This document shows, one piece after another, positions 26,668-42,954 of a stretch of DNA of 64,000 nt. Each line of letters begins with the position of its first letter. Positions within the stretch are counted from its first letter, which is position 1. Origin of the DNA: Octopus vulgaris (lineage: Eukaryota); the NCBI GenBank assembly GCA_951406725.2, contig OX597828.1, forward strand, positions 15,872,001 to 15,936,000, written 5' to 3'. A model generated the notes under the pieces. The model saw only the letters and a list, made by a program, of their open reading frames with translations. It ran no database searches and had not been told where the DNA came from. A program made the translations under genes and the position numbers.

Positions 26668-27674
26668 AGCGCCCACAATAAAATATTGACATTCACCGAA
26701 GGAGTCTCTGCCTGGTTACTAGAAATAGCAGCTAAATCACTCTTAAGTTTCTAGTCACCGCTTTGAAAAGTGAAGGGGAAACGCCCGCACACACACGCAA
26801 GCACGCACACGCACACACACATACACACTCGCGCACACACATACACACGCGCACACACATACACACACACATTCACACACACACACACGCACACACACAC
26901 TCATACACACATACACACGCGCGCACACTCACACGCACACACATACACATATACACACACACACACACACACACGTGCACACACACACACATACACGCGC
27001 GCGCACACACACTCACACACACATACAGACGCACACACACACACACATACACACTCACACACCATCGCGCGCGCGCGCACACACACAGATAAGACGAAGT
27101 CACAAAAACGTCGGAAATCACTTCTGCAGAAATAGCAGTCAAATCTCCCTCAAGTCCCACCCACCTATCATAAAGAATTAGGATATACTTGACAATGTTC
27201 TCTATTCTTTATACAGAAACAAAATGGAATTGCCACGGCTGGAACGCCCTTCACCATTGAATTGCTTGATACGGAGAAAACATGTACCAAAACAACAACA
27301 AAACTAATTGTTACTTTATTCCTGTTCAAAATTAATTTCTAAAAAGATGTAGTAAAGGGAGACTACTCTGGAAATAAACCTACAGAGTTCATAACCATGT
27401 TTTAAGTGTCAGCAAATCTTCAAATAACTTCCCTTTTTTATCGAATGAAAATGAACGGAGCCTTCTCATTTATGCTTTTACTTGCGTCAGTCATTTGACT
27501 GCGGCCATGGTGGAGCACCGCCTTTAGTCGAAGAAATCGACCTCAGGTCTTATTTTGCCGAACCACTAAGTTTCGGGGACGTAGACATACCAAATCCACT
27601 CACAAGGCTTTGGTCGACGAAAGCCTTTGTGATTGGATTTGGTAGAAGAAAACTGAAAGAAGCCCGTCACATAC

Positions 27675-27731
<57 letters not shown>

Positions 27732-27749
27732 CATACATTTCTAAATTTA

Positions 27750-27800
<51 letters not shown>

Positions 27801-28289
27801 TATAATTTTCTTTCGAAAAACACAGATAGCGTAGAAGTGTTCAAATCGAACCCGAGGCGCTGGACAAGTATAAAAGATACAGTAGAAACAGGATCAAATC
27901 AGGCAGACTATGATTAACACACCGATATACGGGTTTAAATGGGATAAAATAAGAACTGTCCAATCTGAAACATATATTGATATATTAGAAATATAAAAAT
28001 ATAGAAATATAAAAATATATACGAGTACTAAAAATATACAAGGATATATAGATATATAGACATGTAAACATAATAATAATAGAATATAGATAAAAATAAT
28101 GTAATATAGAAAATGGACCTTGTATTTGTTTAATATATGACAATAGTAAGTGCATTGTACGTGTTATTTTATTTATTAATACAGTAATGGCAACTAGAGT
28201 TCATTGAAATTAGGTAATTTACTCATTCTTGGATGTAATGATAGTAATGGTAAACTAAGTTATTGAAGTATTTATGTTGCATTAAGAGT

Positions 28290-28965
28290 GAATATTTCTT
28301 TATAAACAATGTTTCTTGTTTTATTTCGGGGTGCCTAAGCAAAAAAGATTTGCTTTTGCTCCCGCTCATGATGCTCCTACATAAAGTCGACGACCATGTG
28401 AAAAGCATTGTTGTTCAAGTTGCAATCCAGTAGCTTTTAGTGTTTGGCCCTGAATTTTATTAATGCTCATGGCAAAAGAAACACGGATAGGAAACTGTAA
28501 CCGCTTAAATTGGAATGGGACATTAGACGATATAACTGGTATGTGAGGAATGAAGACGGTCTCACCTTTACCACAACCAGTGAGAATATTTGCCTCAATG
28601 CACTTCATCATAAGTTTGTACACAATTAATCTTGTACCATTGCATGATTTTGGTTAAGCAAATTATGTAATAGCATAATAGGACTCCATTTATTTTGGCT
28701 GAAGACAATGAGGCGCTGTATCTGGTGCTTCTAGCGAGTTTAAGAATTCGATGCGGTAGTTAACAATATCCTGATCATCAACAACACTGTCAATTGAGTT
28801 ATAAGTGAATAACTCTCCTGGAAGTTTATTCAATAGCATATTATTAATGCTATACACAGTAACATATTTTGGAGCCAGGATAGCTCGCTCACAGATCCAA
28901 TCTGTATTGTTGTAATTATGAAGGAGATTAGGAAAGATTTCATCCACCAAATCATCGACCGAATT
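28290..28965 (-). mobile_element. Helitron PIF1-like helicase C-terminal fragment (frameshifted)
   Basis: The peptides contain ERAILAPK, LNSLEAPD, GETVFIPHIP, FKRLQFPIRVSFAMSINKIQGQTL and QCFSHG.LYV, which are Helitron/PIF1 motifs. Confidence 0.88.
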
Positions 28966-29217
28966 AATTAAATTACATATTGGATTGAGTGTAAGAAATT
29001 AGACAATAGTATAATAGTTTCCCTTGAACCAGGTGCTTTCATTTTGCCGGAGAAAGGAAGAGACACAATTTCTATTTTATACATACATGCATACATACAT
29101 ACATACATACATACATACATACATACATACGTTTCTATATATAAAAGCATAATAGCTTCCCCTGAACCATTTAGTTCCATTTTGGTGGACAAACAAACAA
29201 ACGGACAGAATCTCTCT

Positions 29218-29276
<59 letters not shown>

Positions 29277-29397
29277 GAAAATAGTAATGCAATACTTCGT
29301 TGTGCCATTTATTTACTTTTATATATATATATATTCGCTAGCCTCTGCACGCATTTTTTTTCTCTCCTTGTTTCTTTCTGTGTTTCTTTTCTGTGTA

Positions 29398-29435
29398 TCT
29401 TTCTGTTGAAGAGCGTAGGCTCGAAACGTAAAAGA
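29398..29435 (+). ncRNA. Minimal hammerhead-like motif (A6U variant) in a ~200-bp element between TA tracts
   Basis: TCTTT-CTGTTGA-A-GAGC(GTAG)GCTC-GAAAC-GTA-AAAGA. Confidence 0.5.
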
Positions 29436-29531
29436 CTTGTTTTATTTATATTCCTGAGCGCCATACTAATACAATTGTTTGTTTGTATTCCACCTGCCTT
29501 CGTCTTTTGTTTATTTTCATAAAGCTTCCCG

Positions 29532-29586
<55 letters not shown>

Positions 29587-29646
29587 AACAGAATGAGATA
29601 AAAAATCCAAGTCTGTGAAAGTTTTTAGAACATTTATAAAGAGAAG

Positions 29647-29694
29647 GTCTTATAGCTGTTTCTGGGATATTTTATATATCCCTTCATGAGAGAC
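29647..29694 (-). ncRNA. Degenerate hammerhead-like motif next to (TA)n
   Basis: GTCT-CTCATGA-A-GGGATAT(ATAAA)ATATCCC-A-GAAAC-AGCT-ATA-AGAC, with two core mutations. Confidence 0.4.
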
Positions 29695-31369
29695 GGTGCG
29701 AGAAAATGTTTAAGTAATATTCATTATAGAGAAGATATGAAATACAGAGTAAAGTGGAGGAACGAAAACAGACGTGAGATACGTAAGGATACTGTATCTG
29801 CAGTTCCATTATTTAAGCAGAATGGCGTATATATAAGTTTCCTGTACCTTGTGTGTGAGTTTCAATGGTGTTTATAATTGGTCATTCCAAGCATAGAGTC
29901 TTGTAAACGGTGTTATTCGATCGAGGGTTTTTTTTGAAGTGACTTAAAAGTTGGATATGTGTTTTTAAGGTCAAATCAATATATAAGTATGTGTGTATGT
30001 ATGTAAATTGAAAAAACTATTTCAGGACTTCAACTGATAAATAGCTTCCAATAAGAAATACTTATATTAATAATGGTATATTTATATAAGCTTAAAGCTT
30101 ATGGCAATCACTGTGCAATGACTGAAGAAAATAGTCTAATAAAGGGGCAGAAAAAAGAATGCTTTCCTATCAAGGAAAGCCTTCGTTTATCAATTTAAAA
30201 AGTTCCAGAATGTACTGATAATATATGCCAGAATAATTCAAAGTTAGACACAGCAATGAATACAGATGACTAGCAAGATTAAGTTAATAGGACAATTAGC
30301 ATAGAATAATGGAAAATTTCACACACTCAAAATTTTAAAAATACCACCAACTCTTTTCACTCAACTTCAAATGCAACAAACAAGTTTGTACAAGTTTTAT
30401 ATTTACTCTCTTAATTACTAAATTAGCCAATGGAAGAAGGGTCAAGGTCCAAAAGCCTGTCAACCCCATCTCTCAACATTGATAAGAACTGTTTTTTTTT
30501 TTTTAGCTGTTTTTGGTTATGCTATATTTCACAATATCAGATTCTATATTTATGACGATCTGTTGGCCTAGATATCGAACACTCTGCACTTGCTGTTTCA
30601 TAAACAGTTCGGTGGGGGATAGGGGACTATTTAGTTACAGCGCAGTGTTTGTGTTATAGTTCACTGCTGTAAACAGTGGGAGCACTGGATAATGGAGTGT
30701 GTTGCTTGCCTGAAGTGATTATTAAAACCCTTACTAAGTCTGTAGAATGAAGGGGGACACAGACTTCCTCTGCGGCTCTTACACGAAGTTCAAATCATCC
30801 GAGATACAACTTAAATAAAATAGACTCATTATAGAAGCATTACATGGATACTGATTTCAAATTTTGGCACAAGGCCAGCAATTTCGGGGGTTGGGGAAAG
30901 TCGATTATATCGACCCCAGTACTCAATTGGTACTTATTTTATCAACCTCCAAAAGATAAAAGGCAAAGTCAACCTTGGCGGAATTTGAACTCAGAACGTG
31001 AAGACGGACGAAATGCCGCTAAGCATTTCGTCCGGCGAGCTAACAATTGTACCATCTCGCATTCAATTGAACTCAGAGTGCACGGAGCTGGAACAAATAC
31101 CGCAAGGCATTCTATTCCACGCCCTAATGACTCGACCAGTTTGTCATATCAAAGAACACTGATATGATTCAAGCTGGTGGATAAGTCCATCTTTATTGAG
31201 TCTACTACCATAAGGAAGAATTGAACTTAGCGATAAAACATGGACTTAGTTAAAGCGACTCCCCTATCTTTCAGCTACCATCAGTTCAAGAGTTGTCTTT
31301 AGTCAAAAGAAATACATTTCCAGCTGTGAATATAAGAACCAGTAACCTTTCTTGAAGCCTATAATTACT

Positions 31370-31541
31370 ATTTTTAAATCTCACAACGAGAGATATTCAG
31401 CAACAGTACTTTGGAGTAAAGATTTTTGCCAACATACCATGGCAGCCCTGGTTTAGAACGAATGTTGCTGGGGCTAAATTACAGCAACATTCGTCCTAAA
31501 CCAGGACTACCATGTTATGTTGGCAAACAATCTTTATTCCA
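31370..31541. mobile_element. Hairpin (foldback) element, with a second copy at 45362-45535
   Basis: TGGAGTAAAGATTTTTGCCAACATA...TATGTTGGCAAA.AATCTTTA.TCCA inverted arms. Both copies share the same 5' leader, AATCTCACAACGAGAGATATTCAGCAACAG. Confidence 0.7.
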
Positions 31542-31919
31542 TTAGTAGTATTGTTGGACGTTGTTATTTCATCTCAGGCAGAACCAAGCTGGAATTGAGT
31601 AGATTTAGGATCAAAAGCGTTCCAGACATGACCATCTTGTCCTATTCTCGGAAATACAATATTTAAAGCAACTACGATAACCAATGTGGTTTTTCTCTCC
31701 TTTCAAAATTCAGGATGCGAACTTAAAACAAATTTGTTTGCTATTTCTAGCAGGCCGACTGACTGCGTAGACATCCGCCTTATCTCATTTATGAGCTGTG
31801 AATTTTTGTTGTTTAGTTCCAGGTCTGCCTCGATCGAACAAACATGTGATCAAAGGCGTTCCAATATTGGCTACTTCGCTTTTTCTTTCACGATTATATA
31901 ATCTAATGTGTCCTGTCTC

Positions 31920-33190
<1,271 letters not shown>

Positions 33191-33414
33191 TCGGGATGTT
33201 ATATCATTCAAGGTCATCTGGATCGTCTTCATGTTCCAGATCATAACATACTGTACTTCATTAGAACAGATCCTTTCATTAATCGCCTCCTCCAGTTAAC
33301 TGCATTGGTGCCTATGAATCGTTTACTAACTTACGAAGCGACGGAGAGACAAATTACCCTCAGAAAATACAATATTAGTATGTCGTAGGTGACTTCTTTT
33401 CGTTTGCAGGTAAA

Positions 33415-34075
33415 ACAACATTCCAAGCCAAACGGATCACTACCTTCAATTCATAGGATAAGACTCTAGTGTCCCTTACAGGTAAACCTTTCCCGCAGAA
33501 GGTGTTAAATACAAACTTTCCAGTCAACGAATCTTTCTTTCCCTCCACACTTCCGCTAGAGAACACTTGTATCTTTGCAGATAGCCTTTGTTTTTCAGGA
33601 AGAACTAAAAAGAAGCTAAAAAACCAGATTCCTGGCATTAGAATTATTCAATCCACACTCCACTGGATAGGACGCTAGAATCTAGAGCACGTAGATCTTA
33701 CAATGTAAGGAATTAAAACCATTCCTAGCCAGAGAATCACTCTCATTCCCCCTTCCTGGTAGAAGAGCTAGTGTCTATTGTAAGTAGCATTTTCCCCCAG
33801 AATAAATCAACAACAGGAATTCCAGCCAACAAATCACACTAACACCCCACCTCCGCACCTCTCTTCTAGATATAAGACACTTGTGTCTATTGTAAGAAGG
33901 AATTACAAACAAAGTTCCAAGTCAAAGAATTCTCCACTTCACTGGATATGATGCTAGTAATCTTTCCCGCTGGAAGACTTAGAAAACCGACTTTTCAGAT
34001 CGAAGAATCGCTCTCATTTTACTTCACTGGATAAGAAACCCTTGTTTATGATCAAAAGTCTCCCAGGAATTGAGC
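33415..34075. repeat. Highly diverged tandem array of about 7 units of 80-110 bp
   Basis: Recurring TTCC(A)AGCCAA.GAATC, CACTGGATA.GA and CTWGTGTCTATTGTAAG motifs. Confidence 0.5.
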
Positions 34076-35169
34076 ACAGTATTCAAATGTAGCAAAGAAT
34101 TGATCAAATCTGGACCGATGGAAGCGTTTGTAGCTTCCATATGTTCTTAGCTTGGAGTTAAGTGGACTGACATTTTTGAGGGGTTACCATTTTCTTCAGT
34201 GACACAATGTAATATTTGTTGGACACGGGACACGAACCATTGACCTCTTATTGCAGTTCTAATGCTAACTACCCACAGCAACGAGAATTTAAATAAACCA
34301 ACTGACAGTTTTGAATCGACAAGAATTAATTTAATAACAGGAGATTGTCCCATGGAAGGACTCAGCCCCAAACAGTGGATATTTCCTATTCACCATATTT
34401 CACCACTTCCCCATACCTACGCATACCTTATACCTTCTCAAACAGTTCGTCCTTTCCGAAGTATTTCATTGGTTAATATATATTAATATTTCCCCATCTA
34501 CCTTCCACCTTTCAAAATAGAAAAAAAAAAAAAAAGGCAAAAAGAAAACGAGAAGAAAGAACGGAAACCTGTTTGCGTGGAAAATTTTATATTATCGTAG
34601 AAATTCAGGCAACTCTGGATATTAATATTTCTATTACATAAAAGTAACATTGTTATTTCGTTAGAAATAATCGATTTTCTTGAATTCAATATAAAGGAAA
34701 ATAGACATTAAGCTGGAATATGGCAAAATATTTGCCTTTTTAAATAGGAAACAGCTAACACGGCATTTTTTCTCTTGTTTTTAATCCACGTCCTTCTAGA
34801 ATAGATTTCAATAATGTCACTCATTGGATTAATCAGCAAAGCATGTTTCTGCTGTTGTAATATTAATTCTTTCTAATTTAAGCACAAGGACACACACATT
34901 TTTACCGGTGGTGTGATGGTGGAGACGATGGCGAGGACAGCGATGGGCGATTCAGAAGCGACGGGGATGGCGGTGCTGTTGATTAAATCATCGCCAGCAC
35001 TTATTGACTGCTACCGCGTGTATTATCGACCGTTGGAAGAATGAAAAAGCGAAGTCGAATCAAGCGAGATTTGAACGAAATAAATAAACAAATAAATAAA
35101 TAAATAAAAACTGCAAAGGGAGATAATTAAGACAATGATTTCCCCTGACGCTCTACCGATTCCGCCATA

Positions 35170-35402
35170 TCGTTTCTCGTTCACTTGTTTCAGCCATTGG
35201 AGTACGGCCTTGCTGGAGCACGGGCCTTGAATGGTTTAGCCGAACTAATCGGCCCCAGTATATACTCTTGAATGTCTGGTACTTAATACAGCGGTCTCTT
35301 TCGCCGAACCGCTCAGTTAGGAGAGCGTAGATATACCAACATGTTGCCAAGTTGGCGGAAAGACACAAACGCCTACATACAGTACACACACACACACACA
35401 GA

Positions 35403-35490
<88 letters not shown>

Positions 35491-35892
35491 AATATAGGAG
35501 CAGGAGTGGCTGTGTGGTAAGTAGTTTGCTTACCAATCACATGGTTCCGGGTTCATTCCTACCACGTGGCACCTTGGGCAAGAGTCTTCTACTATAGCCT
35601 CGGGCCGACCAAAGCCTTGTGAGTGGATTTGGTAGACGGAAACTGAAAGAAGCCCGTCGTATATATGTGTATATGCATGTATGTGTGTGTATATGTTTGT
35701 GTGTCTGTGTTTGTCCCCCCCCCCAACATCTTTTGACAACCGATGCTGGTGTGTTTACGTCCCCGTAAACGGCAAAAGAGACCGATAGAATAAGTACTAG
35801 GTTTACAAAGAATAAGTCCTGTGGTCGATTTGTTCGACTAAAGGCGGTGCTCCAGCATGGCCGCAGTCAAATGATTGAAACAAGTAAAAGAG
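35170..35892. mobile_element. Diverged family A 3' half (-), then (TA)n, then a full family A SINE (+)
   Basis: Family A motifs. The composite recurs inverted at 43605-44302. Confidence 0.75.
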
Positions 35893-36630
35893 AATGCTAG
35901 AATTAATGTTCATTTCGAATTTTGGCAGGAGACCAGCAATTTCTGGGGAAGGAGTAAGTCGATTATATGGACTCCAGCGTTTATCTGGTACTTATTTTAT
36001 CAACCCCGAACGGATGAAAGGCAAAGTCGACTTTGGTGGAATTTGAACTCAGAACGTAAAACACGGATGAAATGTCACATTTTGTCCGGAGCGATATCGA
36101 TCCTGCAGCTCGCCGTCTTAGTGCCAGAATTAATATCCTTTCTACTATAGGCACAAAGCCTGAAATTTTTGGGGAGGGGCAAGTCGATTACATCGAGCCA
36201 AGTGCATAACTGGTACTTATTTCATCGAACACGAAAGGATGAAAAGCAAAGTCGACCTTGGCGGAATTTGAACTCGGAACTTAAAAGAGAAACGAAATGC
36301 TATAAAGCACTTTGCCCGGCGCGGTATCAATTCTGCCAGCTCGCTCTCTTAAAATCGATTTTTAACATATTCATATAGCAACAGATTTCGGGGGGAAGAA
36401 TATAGTTGATGAAATCGTCCTTAGTATATGACTGGTATTTATTTTGTAAACCACCTGGAAAGTCGAAAGCAAAATTTAGTACCAACAGGATTTTGTCTGA
36501 GCTTAAGGGCGCCTAACTAAATGCTGCAGTTTATTGATTCTCCCAGCCCACCGCTCTTCATATCTATCCATCCATCTATCTACTTACCTACCTACCTATC
36601 AATCTTCCTACCTACTTACCTACCTGTCTC

Positions 36631-36714
<84 letters not shown>

Positions 36715-37112
36715 CCTACCTACCTACCTACCTATATATATATTTATATCGGTTTCTTTCCCCCGTACCTACAAATACACATTGAATTCTCTCACGTGAT
36801 CAAATTACCTGTCGTAGGATTGTTTCTTTTGTCGTTATCATTTTACTTGTTTCAGTCATTGGACTGCAGCCATTCTGGGGTGGTACCTGTATACCTAAAA
36901 GCCTCAGAGTAATGCGCATTGGAATAATTACTTACTAACATACATATATATATATATATACTCAATATGGCGTATTAGTATCTTTTACTTGATTACACAT
37001 TTTTTCAGTTCTATGCACGCATTTATATTTTACATATATATATGTACATGTATATGTATCTATATCTATCTATCTTTCTATCTATCTATCTTTCTATCTA
37101 TCTATCTATCTA

Positions 37113-37238
<126 letters not shown>

Positions 37239-38068
37239 AGCATGCTGGTTATGAGTACACACCACTGACCACGACCAACTAGGCCGAAATGCATCTGGCC
37301 TTCTCTCTCGCTACAGCTGGGGGCGGTTTTCGTCTTCTTCCCAGTTATATTGCATTTTAAAGCACAACAGCACGTCCATAAGAGACATCATCTCTGGACT
37401 AATACCGCAGTAAATTTGCCTATCACGATGTATTTACGTTAAATATGATACATAAAAGTGTATATATCACACACACACACATACACACGCACACACATAC
37501 ACACACAACATTTAAATGTTTTAGTCTTTAGGTAGCGGCCATGCTATCAGTTGGACAAAAATTCTTCAAGGCATCGCCTTGAAGAATTCTTGTGGAATTG
37601 ATCGACTTTAGTACTTTTTCTTTTTTAAGGCCTGGTACTTACTTATTCTATACGTTCCATCTGCCGAATCGCTAGGTACGGGGACGCAAACATACCAACA
37701 CTGGTTGCCAAGCGGTTGTGGAGGACTCATTAAGATACACACACACGGTCACATACACAAATACGCTTACATACACCCATACGCACGCACATACACACAC
37801 ACGCTCACACACACATATGCATATACGATAGGTTTCTTTCAGTTTCCACCTACCACATCCACTCATATGGCTTTGGTCGGAATGAGGTTATAGTGAAAGA
37901 CACTTGCCGAAGGTGCCACGAAGTGGGACTGAACCCGGAACCATGTGGTTGGGAAGCGAACCTCTTACCATAGAGCCACGTCTGCACACTCACACATACA
38001 GAATGTCCATAAATTATCTTTACGACTCTATACTTTGAAACACAATATTGTAAAGAAAATTTATGAAC

Positions 38069-38118
<50 letters not shown>

Positions 38119-38199
38119 GAGTTACTATGACCCAGACTGACATTAAACACCGAACTCAATGCTAACAACAAGACTGTAGGTATAACTACATTAGCCACG

Positions 38200-38400
38200 C
38201 GTGTCATAAACTAGAACTACAAACATAATAAACTTGATTTTAAGTGTATTAAAGAGCTTATATAGGAAAACCAGAAGACAACTAACAGCACTGCGATTAT
38301 TTAATCTGAGAATTTCATTTGGACGGACAAAAAAACGACGGAGCCGGACACAAATAGAGAATTATTAGACAGTAGATACAGTGCATTCAGAGAACAATTT
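38200..38400 (+). mobile_element. Possible degraded GIY-YIG endonuclease remnant of a Penelope-like element
   Basis: AYIG followed, after a 1-nt shift, by TRRQL, with RELLDSRY downstream. It lies next to (TA)n. Confidence 0.35.
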
Positions 38401-39850
38401 CGTCTTTGTGAAGAAGAATAGCAGTGCCTTAACCCCTTTTTTTTGATTTTGAGACTAGTGGGTATTAGTGGGGAAGGGAGGAAGATATCCTGAAATCTGA
38501 AACCAAGTGTCTTCTACTAAAAGCCTTCGGTCGTTCAAAGCCTCGAGAGAAATTTGGTTACTATTTCTAGCATGTAGCCAACCCACTTGGAGGTCTTCTC
38601 ATTGTCTCGTAGATATTTTTGTTTTTGATTGCAACAGAAGGGATTCCGTTAAAGATACCCAAGGGCCAGGTGGTGGTGTTAGACCGGGCGAATCACAAGC
38701 GAGCAATGGTTGGGTTTGAACTCAGAAAGCAAAGAACCAGACTAAGCAATTCCAGGTATCTAGTCAAGTGCCCTGATGATTCCGCCAGTTCCATTACACT
38801 AGACCGGTATTATGTTTATCGAACTCGGAAGTATTAAAGGTAAAGTTGACCTCGGCGAGATTTGAATTCGTAATTCTAGGAATCCGGGATCAATGCTGTA
38901 CGGTGATTCGTTCGACCGGCGCTTCTGACTTTTCTTCTGATTCGCCAGAAGCAAACAACAAGAATAATCTTTTTTTTGTGGATCTATATATTAACCATGC
39001 ACCCGTTTAAAGCCTAGCTAGGCTCATGGGCCCGGTTTTCCGGTTTCAGTGGTGTATGTGTTCCCGAGATGGACGGGGCGCCAATCCATCGCAGGATTAC
39101 TCATTTTTGCGAGCTGAGTGGACTGGAGCAACGTGAAATGAAGGGTTTTGATCAAGAATACAACACGTCACCCGGTCCAGGAATCGAAACCACAATCTTA
39201 CGATCATGATACTGACACCCTAACCACTAAACCACGCGCCTCCACACACTCACATATACATACATATAGTAAATCCCAAAATAGAAGAACAGACACACAA
39301 AAAGCACAACAACGCGGGGATGTGGTACATGTAAAGTATTAGCAGACGATCAGGGAAGGAAAGAAAGATGGTTTACCGTTTCGACCAATGCTTTTCTTCA
39401 GAAACAGAGGAAAGTCCAAGAGAAAGGAAGACGGAGGAAGAAAATCGCCAACGATTCACATGTGGTTACATTTTGAAATGACCAGAAGGGAATGGGTGAA
39501 AAAAAAAAGTTCTTTCTGAGACAGGAGAGTGTAAGAGAAGGAGCTATATGTGTCTATGTGTGGGCATGTGCGTGCGCACAGGTCTGTGTGTGTGGGTGTG
39601 CGTGTGTTTATGTGTTGTGTGTGTGTGGTGCGTGTATGTGGTTTTGGCTGTTTATATGTGTATGTATGAGTGAACTTTTTGTCTCTTAATGTTGTAGGAA
39701 GAATTCAGCAAGCGGTGCTTTGTGTAGTTGTGTGTCTCTTCACACGTGCGTAGAGGAATGGTGAGTAGAAAGGTGATTGACCAGCAGTTTGAAGTATGTG
39801 TGTGTGTGCGTGTGTATGTGTGTATATATGTATGTATGCGTGTGCGTATG

Positions 39851-39892
<42 letters not shown>

Positions 39893-40263
39893 GGTGCGTG
39901 TGCGCGTGCGTGCGATTATGTGTTTGTGAATGTGGGGGTCGTGTGTGTGGAGGTATATGTGCATTCTTGTTCCTGTATGCGCGTGCACTTGTGAGTTCGC
40001 GAGCGTGTGTATGTATATATAGTATAAATGATATATATATACACACATATATATATGTGTATATATATATATGTATATATGTATGTATATGTATATATAT
40101 ATATATATAAATACATATATATATATATGCATACGTATACATGTATACATATACATGTATATATATGTATACATACATACACACACACATATATATATAT
40201 ACATATATACACACACACACGCACAAAAACATACACACACATATATTTAAGCAACAGAACCAA

Positions 40264-40307
<44 letters not shown>

Positions 40308-41093
40308 AAAACAAAATACAAAATAAAAATCAATTAATGTGAAAAAAGAAAAAGGTTTCGATGAGGACAAAACAAGAGAAAATGCTAAAAGAGAGAAGAA
40401 AGAGAGATAAAAACCAAAGTAAATATTCAAAAAATATAAAAAAACAAAATCAAAACCCTTATCGCTCTCATTTTTCTGCGAGATAGCAAGGCAAAAAAAA
40501 AAAAGAAAAAAAAAAAGAAAAAAAAAGGGAGTCAGCGAAAAATATATATAAATAAATAGGGAAGCTAACAATGGCTCAAAAGGTTTGGACGAAAGGCAGA
40601 AACACAAGGCTTTGAAAATCAGGGTCTTTTCACGAAAAAATATTATGAAAATTATGAAAATAAAATAGTAAAACAAGGAACTAACGCCAACGTCCATACA
40701 TCAGATCAACATAGAGGAAAACACCAAGGTTCAGTATTTGTCCAGTGTTTATAAAGGCAATATATTCACAGGCATAGGTAAGGCAGGTAGCTGTATCTCT
40801 AAGATAATTTGAAGAGAAGGGGCTTTCGTATCTCAGATCGGTTCGCATCAGTCCATTCCACGCCCAGTGAATTATTTGGTTACAATGCTCTGGAATACGC
40901 TTCCTAAAACTGACAAAGAGTTCAAAGCGAGTCCGCCAAGATATTGGAATAGAAGATAGAAAAGAAAACCTATGGATTCTGATAAACTTGTCGATCCCTG
41001 CTGTAGAAAGCAGCACCTATAAAAGTATGTGAAGTAATTCAAATACAAGGACCTCAAAGGGACAACACGCACTAGATATGAGATGTCAAAAAG

Positions 41094-41314
41094 TATTGGG
41101 TTGTTCTGAAAGTTCGTGCCGATTTGTAAAGGAAAGAAAAAAAGGTCAATAAATACTTGCCATTACATTTTTAATCAACCAAATACGAACTATTTTGTTG
41201 CACAATCTTTCCTTTAACTTGAAAATACTCTCTTCCCAGAATTGAGGTGCCTGGGAGGGTATGTTGAAAGGTACGCTACTATAAATCGGCACGAACTTTC
41301 TGGACAAGCCAATA
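41094..41314. mobile_element. Mariner-type MITE
   Basis: TIRs TATTGGGTTGTTCTGAAAGTTCGTGCCGATTT / AAATCGGCACGAACTTTCTGGACAAGCCAATA, with TA ends. Confidence 0.8.
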
Positions 41315-42299
41315 GAATGGTACTTATAACAAGATCAATCCAGAAAATTCATAAAATTAAAAACCGCATTCATTGGCCTACAACTGTTTCTGTTTTAAGG
41401 AACCATGCACCGAGAGTTGAATGTACTGCGACATCTCACAGCCTTTGTAATGGATGTGTTTCTTTGTCGTGGAAAGCAGTTAAATCTGTAGCTGGCTACA
41501 TACAGCCATATTCTTTTATTCTTTTACTTGTATCAGTCATTTGATTGCGGTCATGCTGGAGTACCGCCTTGAGGGATTTTAGTCGAACAAATTAACTCCA
41601 GAACTTATTTTTAAAGCTTAGCAGTTATTCTTTTGCTGAATTGCTAAGTTACGGGGACGTAAACACACCAACAGCCGTTGTCAAGCGGTGATGGGGACAA
41701 ACACAGACACAACGACACACATAGATATATACATATATATATATATATATACGACGGGCTTCTTTCAGTTTCCGTCTACCAAATCCACTCACGGGGCTTT
41801 GATCGGCCCGAGGCTATAGCAGAAGACACTTGTCCAAGGCGACACGCAATGAGACTGAACCGGAACCAAGTGGTTGGGAAGCAAGCTACTTACCACATAG
41901 CCACGCCTGTATAATATACATAGGTAGATAGGAGGTTAAATTACTGTGAGATAATACAGAACACTATAGCCAAGTGGAACTATAAAATAAAATAAAATTA
42001 AAAAAAAAACTATTTAATTTTCTCAGGACAGATGCATCTCCAAAAGGTTCTTGTGTACTTGCAGTTCAGTCCTGGTATTAAAAACAAATTTCCTCGGAGT
42101 TGCTTTGGGTTAATACTGAGGCCAGAAATAAATTCTAAGAATGAAATAATAGACAGTGATTGTGAAGCCATTCCATGAATAAGCAATAGTTAAGTTATTA
42201 TGTAATAAATTGGAAGACGGACGGACTGAGGAAGCTAGATAGAAAAACAAGAAAATTAATGACTATATTTAGAAAACACTGTTGCAAAAAAAAATCTGA

Positions 42300-42538
42300 C
42301 ACCGAGCGGTTGTATCTATCTCAAGCAAAATGGCGGGCGAGGATTTGTATAATTAGAAAATTCAGTAAAAAACAGATACTGTAGTACAAATAACAGATTA
42401 ATACAAATAGTTAAAAAGAAAGCAAGACGAAGGAAAAAAATAATAAGACTATAAGGAATTATCTCCATCTTCAAGGAGGTTAAGAAACTCAACAAAGACG
42501 CTGGCGATGGCGGACGAGCCATAGAATCCTTAGAAGAA

Positions 42539-42569
<31 letters not shown>

Positions 42570-42700
42570 CTGTATATAAATACTTGAATAATATGATAAA
42601 TGAAAAACAGTTGCGTAGACTTTCAGCGTGAAAAGAGTCAGAATCGAACTGTTAGCCCTGAAGATCGAGTTTATTGACCGAGACTGAAGGCCTCCTGATA
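42300..42700 (+). mobile_element. Possible Penelope-like element 3' remnant
   Basis: RRKKII...KKLNKDAG resembles the LNRDxG end of PLE GIY-YIG domains. A degenerate hammerhead-like GCC-CTGAAGA...GAGAC-TGAA-GGC follows near 42655-42691. Confidence 0.3.
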
Positions 42701-42954
42701 ACAGATCAATGTCTGTATTATGAAAATTAATATGGAAAATTGGATTTAAAAAAAAAAAAAGAGAAAATTGGTTTCTGATGACTGAAGACTAATGGCTGGG
42801 CATTGCAAAGAAAAAAATTGATCCTCAAATTTACCAAAAAATAATAACAGAAAGATAGACGTGGACGACGACGACAATGACGACAACGACAACTGACGAC
42901 AACGATGACGGCCACCACCACCACCACCACCACCACCACCAAGGCAACAACAAA

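Noticed and set aside
39705-40697. 330-aa ORF and the many YI/CV/HT-repeat ORFs
   Set aside because: These are translations of TA/TG/CA microsatellites and poly-A/T runs, with no coding signal.
40620-41075. Possible exon or PLE endonuclease remnant (EDRKENLWI)
   Set aside because: The similarity is too short and is interrupted by stops, so I cannot support a call.
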